NCBI RefSeq assembly: GCF_030028105.1
Contig: NC_092397.1
Location: 26,670,630-26,734,629 of the forward strand
DNA length: 64,000 nt
Reading direction: 5' to 3'
Source: Mobula birostris
Taxonomy: Eukaryota
Positions 40,333 through 52,229 of this stretch are shown in pieces; within the stretch, counting starts at the first letter, position 1, and each line of letters opens with the position of its first letter. A program made the translations under genes and the position numbers. The notes beneath the pieces are model-generated. The model did no database searches. It was given only the letters and a program-made list of their open reading frames with translations, and had not been told where the DNA came from.

Positions 40333-41599
40333 CACAATGCTGTACATCAGTGTCTCAGTGATGATGTATCTGGTTACGTTGTACTAATCTGAATGGACTT
40401 TGGAGCAGAGCATCCAGAGTAACAAGCCCAGACCATTCAACCCAACTCTGGTCTTGTGATAAATGTGTAACTTTCCTCGAGTCTCGGTGTGGGAGGGTTT
40501 GAATGGTGTGTATCGTGTCGCAACATTTGAACTGATAGAATTGAGAATGATTTTGACTGTAGATATGTAACCAGTGTGTCCACAGTGATCAGTGATGGGA
40601 CCTTTGTTTGATCAGATTAAAACATACGTGGGCGGATCAGATCGCTGATGACATGAATATTGGTGCAGTTGTGGGTGGCGAGGAAGGTTGTCAAATGGAC
40701 AGAAGTGGATATAGATCAATTGGAATCATGGATGGAGAAATGGGGAAATGGATTTTAATCTGGACAAGTGTGAGGAGTTTTACAGGTAAAATGTCAGAAG
40801 AAACTCCACAGTAAATGACAGCACCCTTAGGAGCACTAATACACGAGAGAACTTGATGTGTTCCTCTGTATTATCTTGCAAGTGTCACTAAAAGGAAGTA
40901 AACTGCTCTAAAGATCACAGAGGGGGAGCAGTAAGAGGATTCAGTGGCGGGTGGGGTCGCTGTAGGGTAATGTCATGGCTGGAAATGTGCGTAATTAATG
41001 ACCACTGACACTCTGTTGTGTTTCTCTTTTAGAAGCTGGACTGCTGTTATGATGTAAGTATGTGAAGTTTTTTTTTTAAACTGTGCTTTATGTTTCTGTA
41101 TTTGGAGAACAATAAATGAGTTGTTATGGTTTTCCTGAAATAGAAAATGCCTCATGCCATTTTATTTGTAAAAGTCTTCACACTGCAAGAATACCGCAGT
41201 GTCAATCTGCACCAAGAAAACCTGATCACATTCTCTTGAGGGTTAATGGCATTGCTGACTCTGAGTTTACTACCGTCGAATGCCAGCAGGGTCACAATCA
41301 GCAGAAACTCTCACAAAGCAGCTCTGTTTGTATTGTGTGCTTAGTAGGTCTGTGGGAGATACCCAGAATGTGAAGCTATAAGTAATGGAGAGAGACACAC
41401 TGAGCCAAGTCACAGCTTGATGGGCAGAGAGGAAAACAGAGAATTTGATGTTGTGTCCTTATGTCTGTACTATGCCCAGTTAGAAGTGTTGTTCCTCCGC
41501 ACAGTGTTCAGCCTCACTGTAACAGTGTGACATCAGACATCAACATGAAAACCAAAATAATCTCAGCTGAGATGTATTCTCTTTCACCTGTTGATCTTC

Positions 41600-42205
41600 T
41601 TTGCAAACATTTTACAGGCAGAAAAGGCAAAGAATTTCTGTCTGAGAATCTCAAATGCAACAGCGTGTCACTTCTGCTGTGTCTGTCGGTTCCCCAGCAT
41701 TTGAATGCTACCAATCACTGAATATGAAGGGGGAGATGGTTGAGAAGACAGCACACCAGAGTCCCAATACGTGGACTTGTCCATGGACTGACCTGATAAA
41801 TGGCCATAGAGTTGATACCAGTGAGTTGGCGTTCACCGCCTCTCATTTTGGAAGGGATTCACCAGGCCACTGCACCTGCAGATACACCAGCAAGTTCACA
41901 CGGGGAGAGGCCATTCACCTGCTCCATGGCGGACGGGATTCATTCAGTCACGAGCTATTACAACACCAGCCAGTTCACACCGGTGAGCAGCTAGACTTGG
42001 CTCTGTTGTCTCTGTCTCTCAGTATAGCTTCACACCTGTTCCGAGTGTGGGAGGAGATTCATCAGTTCACCCACCGTGTGAGGCTCCAGTGAGTTTACAA
42101 TTCATAGAGGACACACTTCTGTCCTGAGTCAGCAAAGAAATTTACTCAAGTCATCCCACCTGCTGAAACACCAGCAACTTCACATCAGGGAGGAAGTTAT
42201 AATAA
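41600..42205 (+). pseudogene. C2H2 zinc-finger gene remnant
   Basis: Frameshifted HQQVHT..GERPFTCS, HQPVHTGE, CSECGRRF, SHLLKHQQLH; candidate splice acceptor ttttacag at ~41617. Confidence 0.75.
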
Positions 42206-42977
42206 GCTGTATATGGGACTGTTAATGTCAGATTCCACAGATATTGTGGCTGCTCATCAGACCCAGGACTGAACCCTGGTCACTGAGCATTGAGGGGGTT
42301 CATCCCACCATCTTAAAATACACTGATGTTTAATATTGTGGATCTGTCATAGACAAATAGATCAATTCCATTTCAAATCCTGTGTCTCAGGTGCTTCCTC
42401 CCTGTCACACTGACAATGAACAGTCGAGAGGCCACCCAGTCCAGCTGGTACCTGCTTGTGTTCCTATTGCACACCAGAGCTTTCAAACTCATCCTTGCCG
42501 TTCACCACTAACTCACCCTATAATGTTCAGGATGTAACTGGTCACCGGTCTGGGGATGAAGAGGTTTACCTTGAATTCACTCCACAACTTTCTGTAAACT
42601 GCAGAGGATTAATTTACTGTGGTTTTCTCCCAAATATTCCTCATCCCTCACAGCTCTGGACCAAGGCTGAAGTCTTGTGTTGTTAAAATCTTCCTGTCCC
42701 GCTCTGTTCATTGTTTTGTGTCATTTTCACTGATTTCGAAGGGCTGTGCCTCACCCTGCCGGGCTGTTGCAATACAACACTCTCCTCTAAAGTACGACAG
42801 CAGAATGGTGGAGCAGAAACAAGAGGGGTCAGCACAAATGAGGGCTTTGGAGCTCCAGATGTGATGGAGGCTCGAGTTTACGTAGAGTAGAAGGAGGGAA
42901 TCAGACCAGGAGGATGAGGCTGCAAATGAAAGTTCAGCAACATTTGGAAACTGATTGACTGAAAAAAGAGGTTTATG

Positions 42978-43170
42978 TTTGCAAAATACTGGAGGGACTC
43001 AGTGCCCCCCAGCAGCATCTGTGCAGACAAATAAATAGTTGATATTATGGGCCAAGACACTTCATCCTATCTAGACTGTTTATTCCTCTGTTTAGCTGCT
43101 GCCTGACCTGCTGAGTTCCCGCAGTACTTTGTGTGTGTCACTTTACAGTTTATTCCCAGCATCTGCTGAA
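42978..43170. mobile_element. Old inverted pair of PLE terminal repeats
   Basis: caaaatactggagggactcag...cagcatct opposite gctgcctgacctgctgagttcc...tttgtgtgtg. Confidence 0.55.
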
Positions 43171-43249
43171 CCTCGAGTTTCATATCTGCATTTCTAAATG
43201 AGTGGAACTGTGACAGTTGTCATACAAAATGCTTGTTGACATTGAGTAA

Positions 43250-43782
43250 TAAACAGGAGAAAATCTGCAGACGCTGGAAATCCAAGGAACACACACAAAA
43301 TGCTGGAGAAACTCTGCAGGCCAGGCAGCATCTGTGGATAAAAGTACAGCTGACGTTTTGGGCCGAGATTCTTCAGCAGGACTGGAGAAAAAACAATGAG
43401 GAGTAAATTTTAAAAGGTGGGGGAGGGGAGAGAGAAACACAAAGTGACAGGTGGAACTGGGAGGGGGAGAGATGAAATAAAGAGCTGGGAAGTTGTTTGG
43501 TGAAAGAGATACAGGGCTGGAGAAGGGGGAATCTGAAAGGAGAGAACAGAAGGCCATGGATGAAAGAAAAGGGGGGAGGAACACCAGAGGGAGGCGATGG
43601 GCAGGCGATGAGAGGGAAAGGGGGATGGGGAATGATGAGCGAGGGGAGGCATGACTGGAAGATCAAGAAGTCGATGTTAATGCCATCAGATTGGAGGCTG
43701 CCCAGACAGAATACAAGGTGTTGTTCCTCCTACCCGAGTGTGGCCTCATTGCGACAGTATACGAGGCCATGGATTGACATCT
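43250..43782 (-). mobile_element. Penelope-like element 3' fragment
   Basis: Minus strand encodes EEQHLVFCLGSLQSDGINIDF, then a pyrimidine tract, decayed hammerhead (43386-43347) and terminal repeat. Confidence 0.8.
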
Positions 43783-45635
43783 CCATTGAGTACACTGTTT
43801 GTGGAAGCTTGCTGTGTTCAAGTAGCTGCGGAGTTTCCTGCATAAAATCATTGACTGATTTTGGAACATGTGGCGTGGAACCAGCACTTGCCCCTCAAAT
43901 TAATCCAGTCTGTTAACAACAGCACATCACCTCCCTTTTCCAAAATACAATTCAACCACACTATCACCATCCATTCCGTAAGTGTACACAAATGGGACGT
44001 CAGTGATATTGGTCTATATCTAGGAAGATCCATCAGGGGTTTCCCAGGTTTTAGAATAGACACAATTGCCATTTTCCATGAGGAGGGAAGATGGCCTGAA
44101 CTCCAATTATGATTCTAAAAATGTCATATTATCTCAAGAGAGTTGTTGACCATATGTTTAAACATGCAATAACATGTATCATCCTTTCCTGGAGCCGTCT
44201 GACCTGTACTATAAATAGCTTTCTTAAATTCACACAAAGAAACTCTACATCACTAATACTATCATTGCTACAGCTGGTTTCCAACACATTAAGATATTCT
44301 TGTAAAACCTTATTGCTACATTGTTTAGTCTCTCCACCTATTTTGATTATGAATTGCAGCAAATGACCGAGCCAGGACTCAACCGTCTCTCCTTCAGGAA
44401 CAATTGTATTACCTTCTTTAATCAATATTCGGAACCCTATGAATCCCACACCCCCATTTTCTTAGTCATTCCCCAAACATCTTCAAGTTTAATAGTCCTT
44501 CCAATACTTTCACAATATGACCTCCAGTAAATCTTTTTCACAAGCTTCATTACTTTCCTCACCACGGCCTGTGACCTGTTACACTTAATATGATTAAGCG
44601 GAGAGTGATACTTCCTAACTTTCCGAAATGCCACGTTTCTCTCAGTAACTGCCTCTGCACACTCCTCCGTCCACCATGGTACAGCGTTTCTCCCACTACT
44701 GCACTTTTTAAATTGAATCTCTGCCACCACTATTTGATGAATAATGTCACAACGTTTCTTTGCAGAAATCCACATCATCCTCACCATTCAGCCCAGGCAG
44801 ACGCTCAGCACATAAAACATTCAAACTTCTCCCAATTTGCTTTACCAGAGTTCCACCTCCTAAAAGTGGCCTCATGCCCCCTATATAAATCCAAACCCAA
44901 GCTTATAAACATAGGGAAACGATCACTCCCCAATGCTTCATCTCCCATGACATCCCACTACTCACTCCAATGTTCAAAACTAAAGTTAAATTTACAGCAT
45001 TTTCAGAACTATTATGAACATTAAATCTCGTACCTCTCCCACCATAAAGACTAACAGGATATGAAATATCTGAAACTCTTCTATAAACAAAATATTACCA
45101 ATCTGAGAACAACCCCACAGTAAATTAACTATGTGTTAAAATCCCCACACCATACAACGCTCAGTGAGCTAGAGCTACGTATACTCTCCAACAAATCAAT
45201 CGGAAGCTTTCCACAATGGTTATAATAATACACAAACACGAGGAAATCTGCAGATGCTGGAATTTCAAGCAACACGCATAAAAGTTGCTGGTGAACGCAG
45301 CAGGCCAGGCAGCATCTCTAGGAAGAGGTACAGTCGACGTTATAATAATATACCACTTTATTGCCCCTACCTGTGGAATCAAATGTGTCTTCAAATGCCT
45401 CATACATTTCATTTACATCCACAACTCTATGCCCTCTCCCTCTCTTAAAAAAAACTTGCAACACCACCTCCTCTACCAACTAATCTATCACGCTTAATTA
45501 CAATATAACACTGGAAGGAAGAACTTAAATGCGATAACAATCAGGTTTCCTGAATACATATAACATCACATAGATTTGATAAATCAGAAATAAACTTGAA
45601 GTTTTGACCATGAGAAATCAGGCTTCTGGAAATCG
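43783..45635 (-). mobile_element. I/Nimb-like LINE ORF2 fragment (APE endonuclease to start of RT), decayed
   Basis: RSLISHGQNFK...CDVICIQET (APE N-terminus), AVPWWTEECAEAV..RNVAFRK, ILKPGKP....YRPISLTSHLC. Confidence 0.75.
45231..45338 (-). mobile_element. 108-bp PLE-derived insertion with 12-bp TSD
   Basis: GTTATAATAATA at 45219-45230 and 45339-45350; body matches the other PLE terminal repeats. Confidence 0.88.
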
Positions 45636-45639
45636 CCCT

Positions 45640-46060
45640 TCTGATGCAGGCGGGGCGGGAGGTGCGGAATGTAGTGGGGCGTTTATGATTGGTGAACCAG
45701 TGCCCATTCTGATTGGAAAGAGCAAATATTCCAATCACAGGGCTGCCTTATTCACCAATCAGACTGTAGAAGTGCGGAAAATACCGTCCAACCGCCGAAA
45801 TAAACTGAAATTTGCAATACACCGCCAAAAAAGCCTTTGTTGCTGAAATTAAACCACAACAGGTTTGTTTGTCGGCTCTTTACCCCCGTTACTGGAGTCC
45901 GACACACTTAAACAAAGTGTAGTTAATATTGCGATGGTGTCTGAGAAATTAGTTCACCGATATCTTTCAATTGCTAAACGATTGGAAAATAAAACCGGTC
46001 CTCAGCTGCTGTTCGCGGTCGGTCATTGTGTAAACTCAAGTCAGTTTAGCAAGGGGTCAC
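45640..46060 (-). promoter_or_regulatory. Orphan paralog of the H2A promoter and upstream spacer, with no H2A CDS
   Basis: ATTGG at 45688 and 45712, CCAAT at 45731 and 45755, same 24-19-24 spacing as 37551-37618. Spacer homology includes ggtcattgtgtaaac, aagtgtagtt, ctgaaattaaa. Confidence 0.75.
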
Positions 46061-46438
46061 CCGTCAGAAAGTGGAGCTTTAACAAGTACTCTGAACGACC
46101 CGTGACAGTGTTCAGCTCTTGCGTCGGAATGGGGTTAAGAGAAGTATCGAAAATGGGACAAAGCTTAATGAACCCACGGTATTTAAACCAGAAACATTAG
46201 CGTCCATGTCAGAGAAATCTGATGACCGAGAGGAAGCGACGGGGAAACGGGTGTGTAACGATTCCGTGTCTGGGCAGTTGGCAGGAATTAACAGAGAAAT
46301 TGGGATTATACTGAGCAGCGGACAGCAAGTTCTGATTAACGGGGATAAGATTCTGAATGAGCATTTCAACAAAAAATTCCAAATTTACCTCAATTCCATG
46401 TCTCAACATCGTGTAACTCTTTTAATGAAACCGTGAGT

Positions 46439-46454
46439 GGCTCTTAAAAGAGCC
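46439..46454 (-). terminator. Histone mRNA 3' stem-loop (H2B copy 2)
   Basis: GGCTCTTTTAAGAGCC on minus strand, followed by AAAAGAG. Confidence 0.97.
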
Positions 46455-46491
46455 TTTGATTTTCCGGTTTGTTTTGTCAGTGAACTTGTCT

Positions 46492-46866
46492 TCACTTGGA
46501 GCTGGTGTACTTGGTCACCGCCTTTGTCCCTTCGGACACGGCGTGCTTGGCCAGCTCCCCGGGCAGCAGCAGCCGCACGGCGGTCTGGATCTCCCGGGAG
46601 CTGATGGTGGACCGCTTGTTGTAATGGGCCAGGCGGGAAGCCTCGCCCGCGATGCGCTCGAAAATATCGTTGACGAATGAATTCATGATGCTCATGGCCT
46701 TGGAGGTGATGCCGGTGTCGGGGTGAACCTGCTTCATCACTTTGTAGATGTAGATGGCGTAAGTCTCCTTCCTCGACCTCTTGCGCTTCTTGCCAGTCTT
46801 GCTCGCTGGTTTGGACAAAGCTTTCTTGGCGCCCTTCTTGGGTGCGGGTTTCGCTGGATCAGGCAT
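46492..46866 (-). CDS. H2B: Histone H2B (copy 2), 124 aa
   Basis: [12 protein letters not shown]...AVTKYTSSK; ATG at 46866. Confidence 0.98.
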   Translation of the reverse strand: MPDPAKPAPKKGAKKALSKPASKTGKKRKRSRKETYAIYIYKVMKQVHPDTGITSKAMSIMNSFVNDIFERIAGEASRLAHYNKRSTISSREIQTAVRLLLPGELAKHAVSEGTKAVTKYTSSK

Positions 46867-46914
46867 TTCCTCGTCGGTTTCAAACACAATAATAAGCAGA
46901 AGCTGTTCGGAGCG

Positions 46915-47050
46915 CGGTTTAAATAGGCAGCGCCCAAAGCGGTATGTTAATGAGGATGGGAATGCTGAGCATTTCCATTGGCTGTTTGGAGAAATGAATC
47001 ACCAATCGGAACGCTGGGGGTGAGAAGCGGCGCCAATGGGCGGGGTTTAC
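46915..47050 (-). promoter_or_regulatory. H2B promoter (copy 2)
   Basis: TATTTAA (46925-46919), octamer variant ATTAACAT (46951-46944), CCAAT boxes at ~46977, 47002, 47033. Confidence 0.72.
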
Positions 47051-47789
47051 CGCTGTCGTTTGATGCGGGAGGAAGTACTGAAGGGCAGAGACAGGCCGGG
47101 GTGCGGGCTGAAATTGAAAAGGGAAACGCAAATTTCAAAAGCCGAATGAAAATAAAATCAGATGAAATATTGTAAAATTAAACACTAGGACATTTAGTTC
47201 ATGACATAGGGCTGCAGGAGAGTGAAGGAGAGATTTGGACATTTCAGTGTAAAGTTTAAATCGAGTTTATTTATGCACAGGTGAAAGGAACAAAGTATTT
47301 GTAGCAGCATCACAGACATTGCATCAGAGACACAACACTGACAAGAAACACTGAAATTAAATATGAATTATACCAAAATATTCAAACAGACTGAAGACTA
47401 TCAGAACAAAATCAAAATAACAAACAGATTATGCCGGCAGTGGGAGAATCATCCCTCTTGTGCTTCTTCATCTCATCACTCTGGATTCAGCGTCACACAA
47501 CGCTGCCACTTTGATCTGGCCCATGCCTTCATTAACCAAGTCCAACACTTGCCTTTATTGCATCTTCCTTCTCCTTACACTGGTCATCGGGTTTGTGGGG
47601 GTGTGTGCCCCCTTGAACCTCAGGATTAGGTTTGAGGGTAGGGCTGGTGGATGTATATGCGGGGCTGGGAGAGATAATGCTGTGGAGTTTAGTATGGTGA
47701 GATATGTGGGGCTATGGTGGATAGGGTAGTGTAGTGGAGTCACTTCAATCTGGCCCATTCCCTTCATTAACGTGGCCTGACACCACTTG

Positions 47790-47935
47790 GCTTAATGAAC
47801 CGGGTGTTGCAAAGGGACACATCGTCAGTAATGCAACCTGGGGTCATTGGGTGTTTTGGGTCTTTAATCATGAGACATCCTCGCCCAGGCAACCCAGCCA
47901 GGGTTAATCAGGCCCGCTTGTGTTTATCCCATGGA
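47790..47935 (-). mobile_element. Probable non-LTR retrotransposon 3' UTR fragment (possibly Hero/RLE class) with hammerhead-like core motifs
   Basis: ggatgtctcatgattaaagacccaaaacacccaatgaccccaggttgcattactgacgatgtgtccc. The family assignment is from recollection only. Confidence 0.4.
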
Positions 47936-48264
47936 TCAAGGTAATGAGAGGCATGTAATTCTGCATGTTGTGGGTATTTTAAACCTTGTTACTTGGCTTT
48001 ATTTTGACCATTTGGGGAGTGGAATGTTCTGAGGCCTAGTAATCAGGCTTTACCTCCAAGTAAGGTTCAACTTTCCTACTTTCAATTTAGAATTGTCTTT
48101 ATTTTGCATCTGTATGCCTGGGATTGCATGGGTTAAATTAACAGTGTTCACTGCAGTACAAATTAGTGATTAGGTCTGTGGAGATTGGTCCATAATTCCA
48201 AAATGCAAACATCTCTGAAATCCAGAATTTTTTGTGCTGACATGACATCACAAATGGAGAATTT

Positions 48265-48730
48265 TACTCAGGATTAAATGGCTTGCCTAATGAAGAGAGT
48301 TTCACGGCTCTGGGCCTCTATTCATTGGAACTTCGAAGAAAGAAGGGTTACCAAATTGAAACCTATCAAATAGTGAAAGGGCTTGATTGAGTGGATGTGG
48401 AGAGGATTTTTCCTGTGATGGGTGTGTCTAAAACTGGACCACACAGCTTCACAATAGAGGGGCATCCTTTTAGAATGGAAATGAGGAGGAATTTCTTCAG
48501 CCAGAGAGTGGTGAATCTGTGAATTGTTTTGCTACAGGCAGCTGTGGAGGCCAAATCACTGGGTATAGGCAGAGATTGATAGATTCTTGATTGGTCAGGG
48601 CATGAAGGGATACAATGGAAGGCAGGAGATTGGGGCTGAGAGGAAAAATTGATCAGTGATGATGAAATGCCAGAGAAGGCTCAACAGGCAAAATGGCCGA
48701 ATTCTGCTCCCGTATCTTATGGTCTTATGG
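48265..48730 (+). mobile_element. CR1 3' end
   Basis: Same family as 21740-22170; tail tcttatggtcttatgg. Confidence 0.8.
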
Positions 48731-48892
48731 ACTCACTTAGTGACTAAATCTCTCCCAGAGACTGTTGATCTCAGCTTTGACTCAACCCAGCAACTGAGGC
48801 TCCACATTACTTATATAAGGAATACAGAAGTTCTTTGTTCTCTGATTAACAAAACATCTCATTTCCATCCTGAATGCTTGTCACCTCATTCT

Positions 48893-49135
48893 GAGCAACA
48901 GACACAAAATGCTGGAGGAAGTCAGCAGGCCAGGCAGCATCTATGGGAAAGAGTAACGAGTCGATGCTTCGGGCTGAGAATCTTCACCCTGAGATCTGAT
49001 GAAGTGTCTCGGCCCGAAGTGTCGACTGTTAACTCTTTTTCATAGAGGCTGCCTGTCCTGCTGAGTTCTTCCAGCATTTTGTGTGTGTTGCGTTTGATTT
49101 CCAGCATCAGCAGATTCTCTCGTGTTTGTGATTTA
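48893..49135. mobile_element. Head-to-head inverted pair of PLE terminal repeats with 11-bp TSD
   Basis: CACCTCATTCT at 48882-48892 and 49136-49146; ctgatgaagtgtctcggcccgaagtgtcgact on +, decayed mirror copy on -. Confidence 0.85.
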
Positions 49136-49149
49136 CACCTCATTCTAAG

Positions 49150-50735
49150 GGTATTTTCCTCAGATATGGAGTTCTCATTCAGGGGAAAGATCCTCCTTGC
49201 CTATTGCCTGTCATATCCTGAAAGAATCTAACAGATTTCCTCATTTTCTCATGAACAGCAGGGAATACAGACCCAGCGCACTCACTCTCCTCTCATATAA
49301 CCAACCTTCCATCCCCGGAACCAACCCAGTCAGTGTGGGGAACAGTCACTGCACTCCCTCTATTGCAGGGATATCCTTCCTGAGGAAGTGTGACCAAACC
49401 TGGACACGATACTCAAGGTGTGCTCTCACCAGGGCCCTATATAATCCCAGTGAGACCTCTGTACCCTCTTGTACAATCCCCATGGATCACAGGACAAAAT
49501 ACTGTTTGAACATAGAACATAGAATAGTACAGCACAGTACAGGCCCTTCGGCCCACAATGTTGTGCCGACCCTCAAACCCTGCCTCCCATATAAATAGAA
49601 CATAGAATAGTACAGCACAGTTCAGGCACTCTCATTACTTGTTGTATCTGCATGTAAACTCAAGTGATTTGTTTTGTTTACAAGGATGCCCAGGTCCCTC
49701 TGAACATCCCTGTGTGGAAATGACTCTTACAGTTTGTTCCTGGGAATGGGTGATCACACATTTCCCCACATTCTGTTCCATCTGCCACATCCTCAACCAT
49801 TCACTCTCCTGTCTACATCCCCCAAACCTTCTCACTACTGACACTGTCCCTCCCACTCTGCTACAGCAGCAGATGTAGTTACTGAGTTATGCAGCACAGA
49901 AACAGGTCCTTCAGCCCAACACATCCATGCTGACCAAGTGGCCAAACAAAATTATTGTCAGTTGCCTGCATTTGGCCCATGTCCCTGTGAAACTTCCCTC
50001 TCCACAGTCCAAGAGATATTGCAACTGTGCCCACCTACACCACCACTTGGGGTAGTTTGTTCCATGTAAACAGCACATTCTGTGTACAAAACCTGCTCCT
50101 CAGGGTCCTATTTAAATCTTTCCTCTCTCACTTTATATCTGTAATCTCTCGCTTCCAACTCCATAAACCTGGAGATAACAGATTCACTGTTGACCGTATC
50201 TATGACTGCCATTATTTTATCACCTCTCTAATGTCACATACACTCTGGTGAGAAAGGTCCTGGCCTATGCAGCCTCCTGTTAAATCCCTTTTGCACCCTC
50301 TCCGGTTTAATGTCACCCTCTGATCACATGGCAACTATAACTGTACTCCGTGCTCCGAGAGTAGTTTCCCCGAGGCTGGTAGAGCTGTAATGTGACGTCA
50401 CAGTCCAGTGCCCGATACTCTACCCGATGAATGCGAGTGTGGCGAACAGCCTCTTCACCGTCCTGACTACCTGTGTTTACACTCTGAAGGAATTCGATAT
50501 CTACACCCCGATATCTCTGTTTTACAGCACTCCCAGGGACAGACCATTCCCCACGGCAGTTCTGCCCTGGTTCGTCAATGACAATGGAACATCTCACATT
50601 TATCTGTCATTCCTCAAATCAGTGACCTCATTGATCACCGTCCTGTTGTAATGTTAGTTACATTGTTTCACACTCCACGATATCACCAACTTTAGTGACA
50701 TCGATAAATTTGCTGAGCCGGGCAGTGACGTTATC
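49150..50735 (-). mobile_element. Decayed CR1 fragments
   Basis: CR1 RT/3' remnants; duplicated tails gaacatagaatagtacagcacagt at ~49510 and ~49595. Confidence 0.6.
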
Positions 50736-50769
50736 AGCCCTGACTCAGCTCCCAGGCTTTTCTTCGCAG

Positions 50770-50870
50770 CGATACACGCGCAGTGCTGGAGGAACTCAGC
50801 AGGCCAGGCAGCATCTATGAGAAACTGGAAACAGCCAACGTTTCAGGCCGAGACCCTCCATCAGCATCTG
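50770..50870 (-). mobile_element. PLE terminal-repeat fragment with decayed hammerhead
   Basis: Minus strand: ctgatggagggtctcggcctgaaacgttggctg...gatgctgcctggcctgctgagttcctccagca. Confidence 0.7.
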
Positions 50871-50951
50871 CACAATGGTCTTGTGTTTGGTTTTCCTTCG
50901 ATCCTAAATTACTGGATAACATGACCCATCCTCCAATCCTCTGCCACCACT

Positions 50952-51170
50952 CCTGCCCGAGAAACGCGCAGAGAGACAGAGGCGGGGAGGGGAGGAGACA
51001 GAGTCAGAGTGACGGACAGAGCCGAGAGCGGCCTCTCATCGTCCAGCTCCGTCTTCACTTTAATACACCCGGCAATTTCCAACGGTTTGTCCGAAACACA
51101 GAGCTCCAGAGAGAGAGAAAAAAACGCCCTCTAACACCACGTACAGAAGGAGTTCTAGGAATTTACTGGC
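50952..51170 (-). promoter_or_regulatory. Orphan third copy of the H4 promoter, truncated before the TATA box
   Basis: 50952-51050 is identical by eye to 52043-52141; the distal part is similar to 23704-23820. Confidence 0.88.
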
Positions 51171-51607
51171 AGTCGGACTTCATCGGATCAGAATACAGTG
51201 TGATTGGCGCAGGATCAATTTCAAATTGCCCGCCAATTTCAGAGCACCCAGCAACGGTGATGGAAGACTTTTTTAAAAATTATTTACCGTTAGTTTTATC
51301 ACGCATTATACAATTTCAGTTTCATTTAATAAATTTAATATCTAATCCCCTGAGTTAAGATTTAAATGCATAATTACGGAGTCGCTTCTCTAAACGAGTG
51401 AACTGATTCCTGTCCGAGACGGATAAAAGAATGAAGATCGATCTTAACGCGTTCAGAGGTTCTGAAGTAATCACCGACTGGAAAGGCAGATTCGCAGGAA
51501 TATTGCAAACCGAACCGATTAATGTGTTTCAAATGTAACTCAGCTGAATGTATCGATAAAAATAATTAAAAGGTTGTGGATACGGCTCCGTCTGTGAGGC
51601 GGTGGGT

Positions 51608-51623
51608 GGCTCTTAGAAGAGCC
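51608..51623 (-). terminator. Histone mRNA 3' stem-loop (H4 copy 2)
   Basis: GGCTCTTCTAAGAGCC then ACCCA on minus strand. Confidence 0.97.
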
Positions 51624-51656
51624 TTTGTTTTGTGCTCGGGAGGAAGTGGGAGTTTT

Positions 51657-51977
<321 letters not shown>

Positions 51978-52229
51978 TCACTCAGGTCGCTGCTCACTGT
52001 CAAACTGCCTGTTGCTGTCTCCTTTTATACACAGCGCCCCGACCTGCCCGAGAAACGCGCAGAGAGACAGAGGCGGGGAGGGGAGGAGACAGAGTCAGAG
52101 TGACGGACAGAGCCGAGAGCGGCCTCTCATCGTCCAGCTCCACCTTCACTTTACCACAACCGCCAATTTCCAACGATTCATCCGACACAAAGCGCTCCAG
52201 CGAAAAACAAAACTCCCTCACACACAGTC

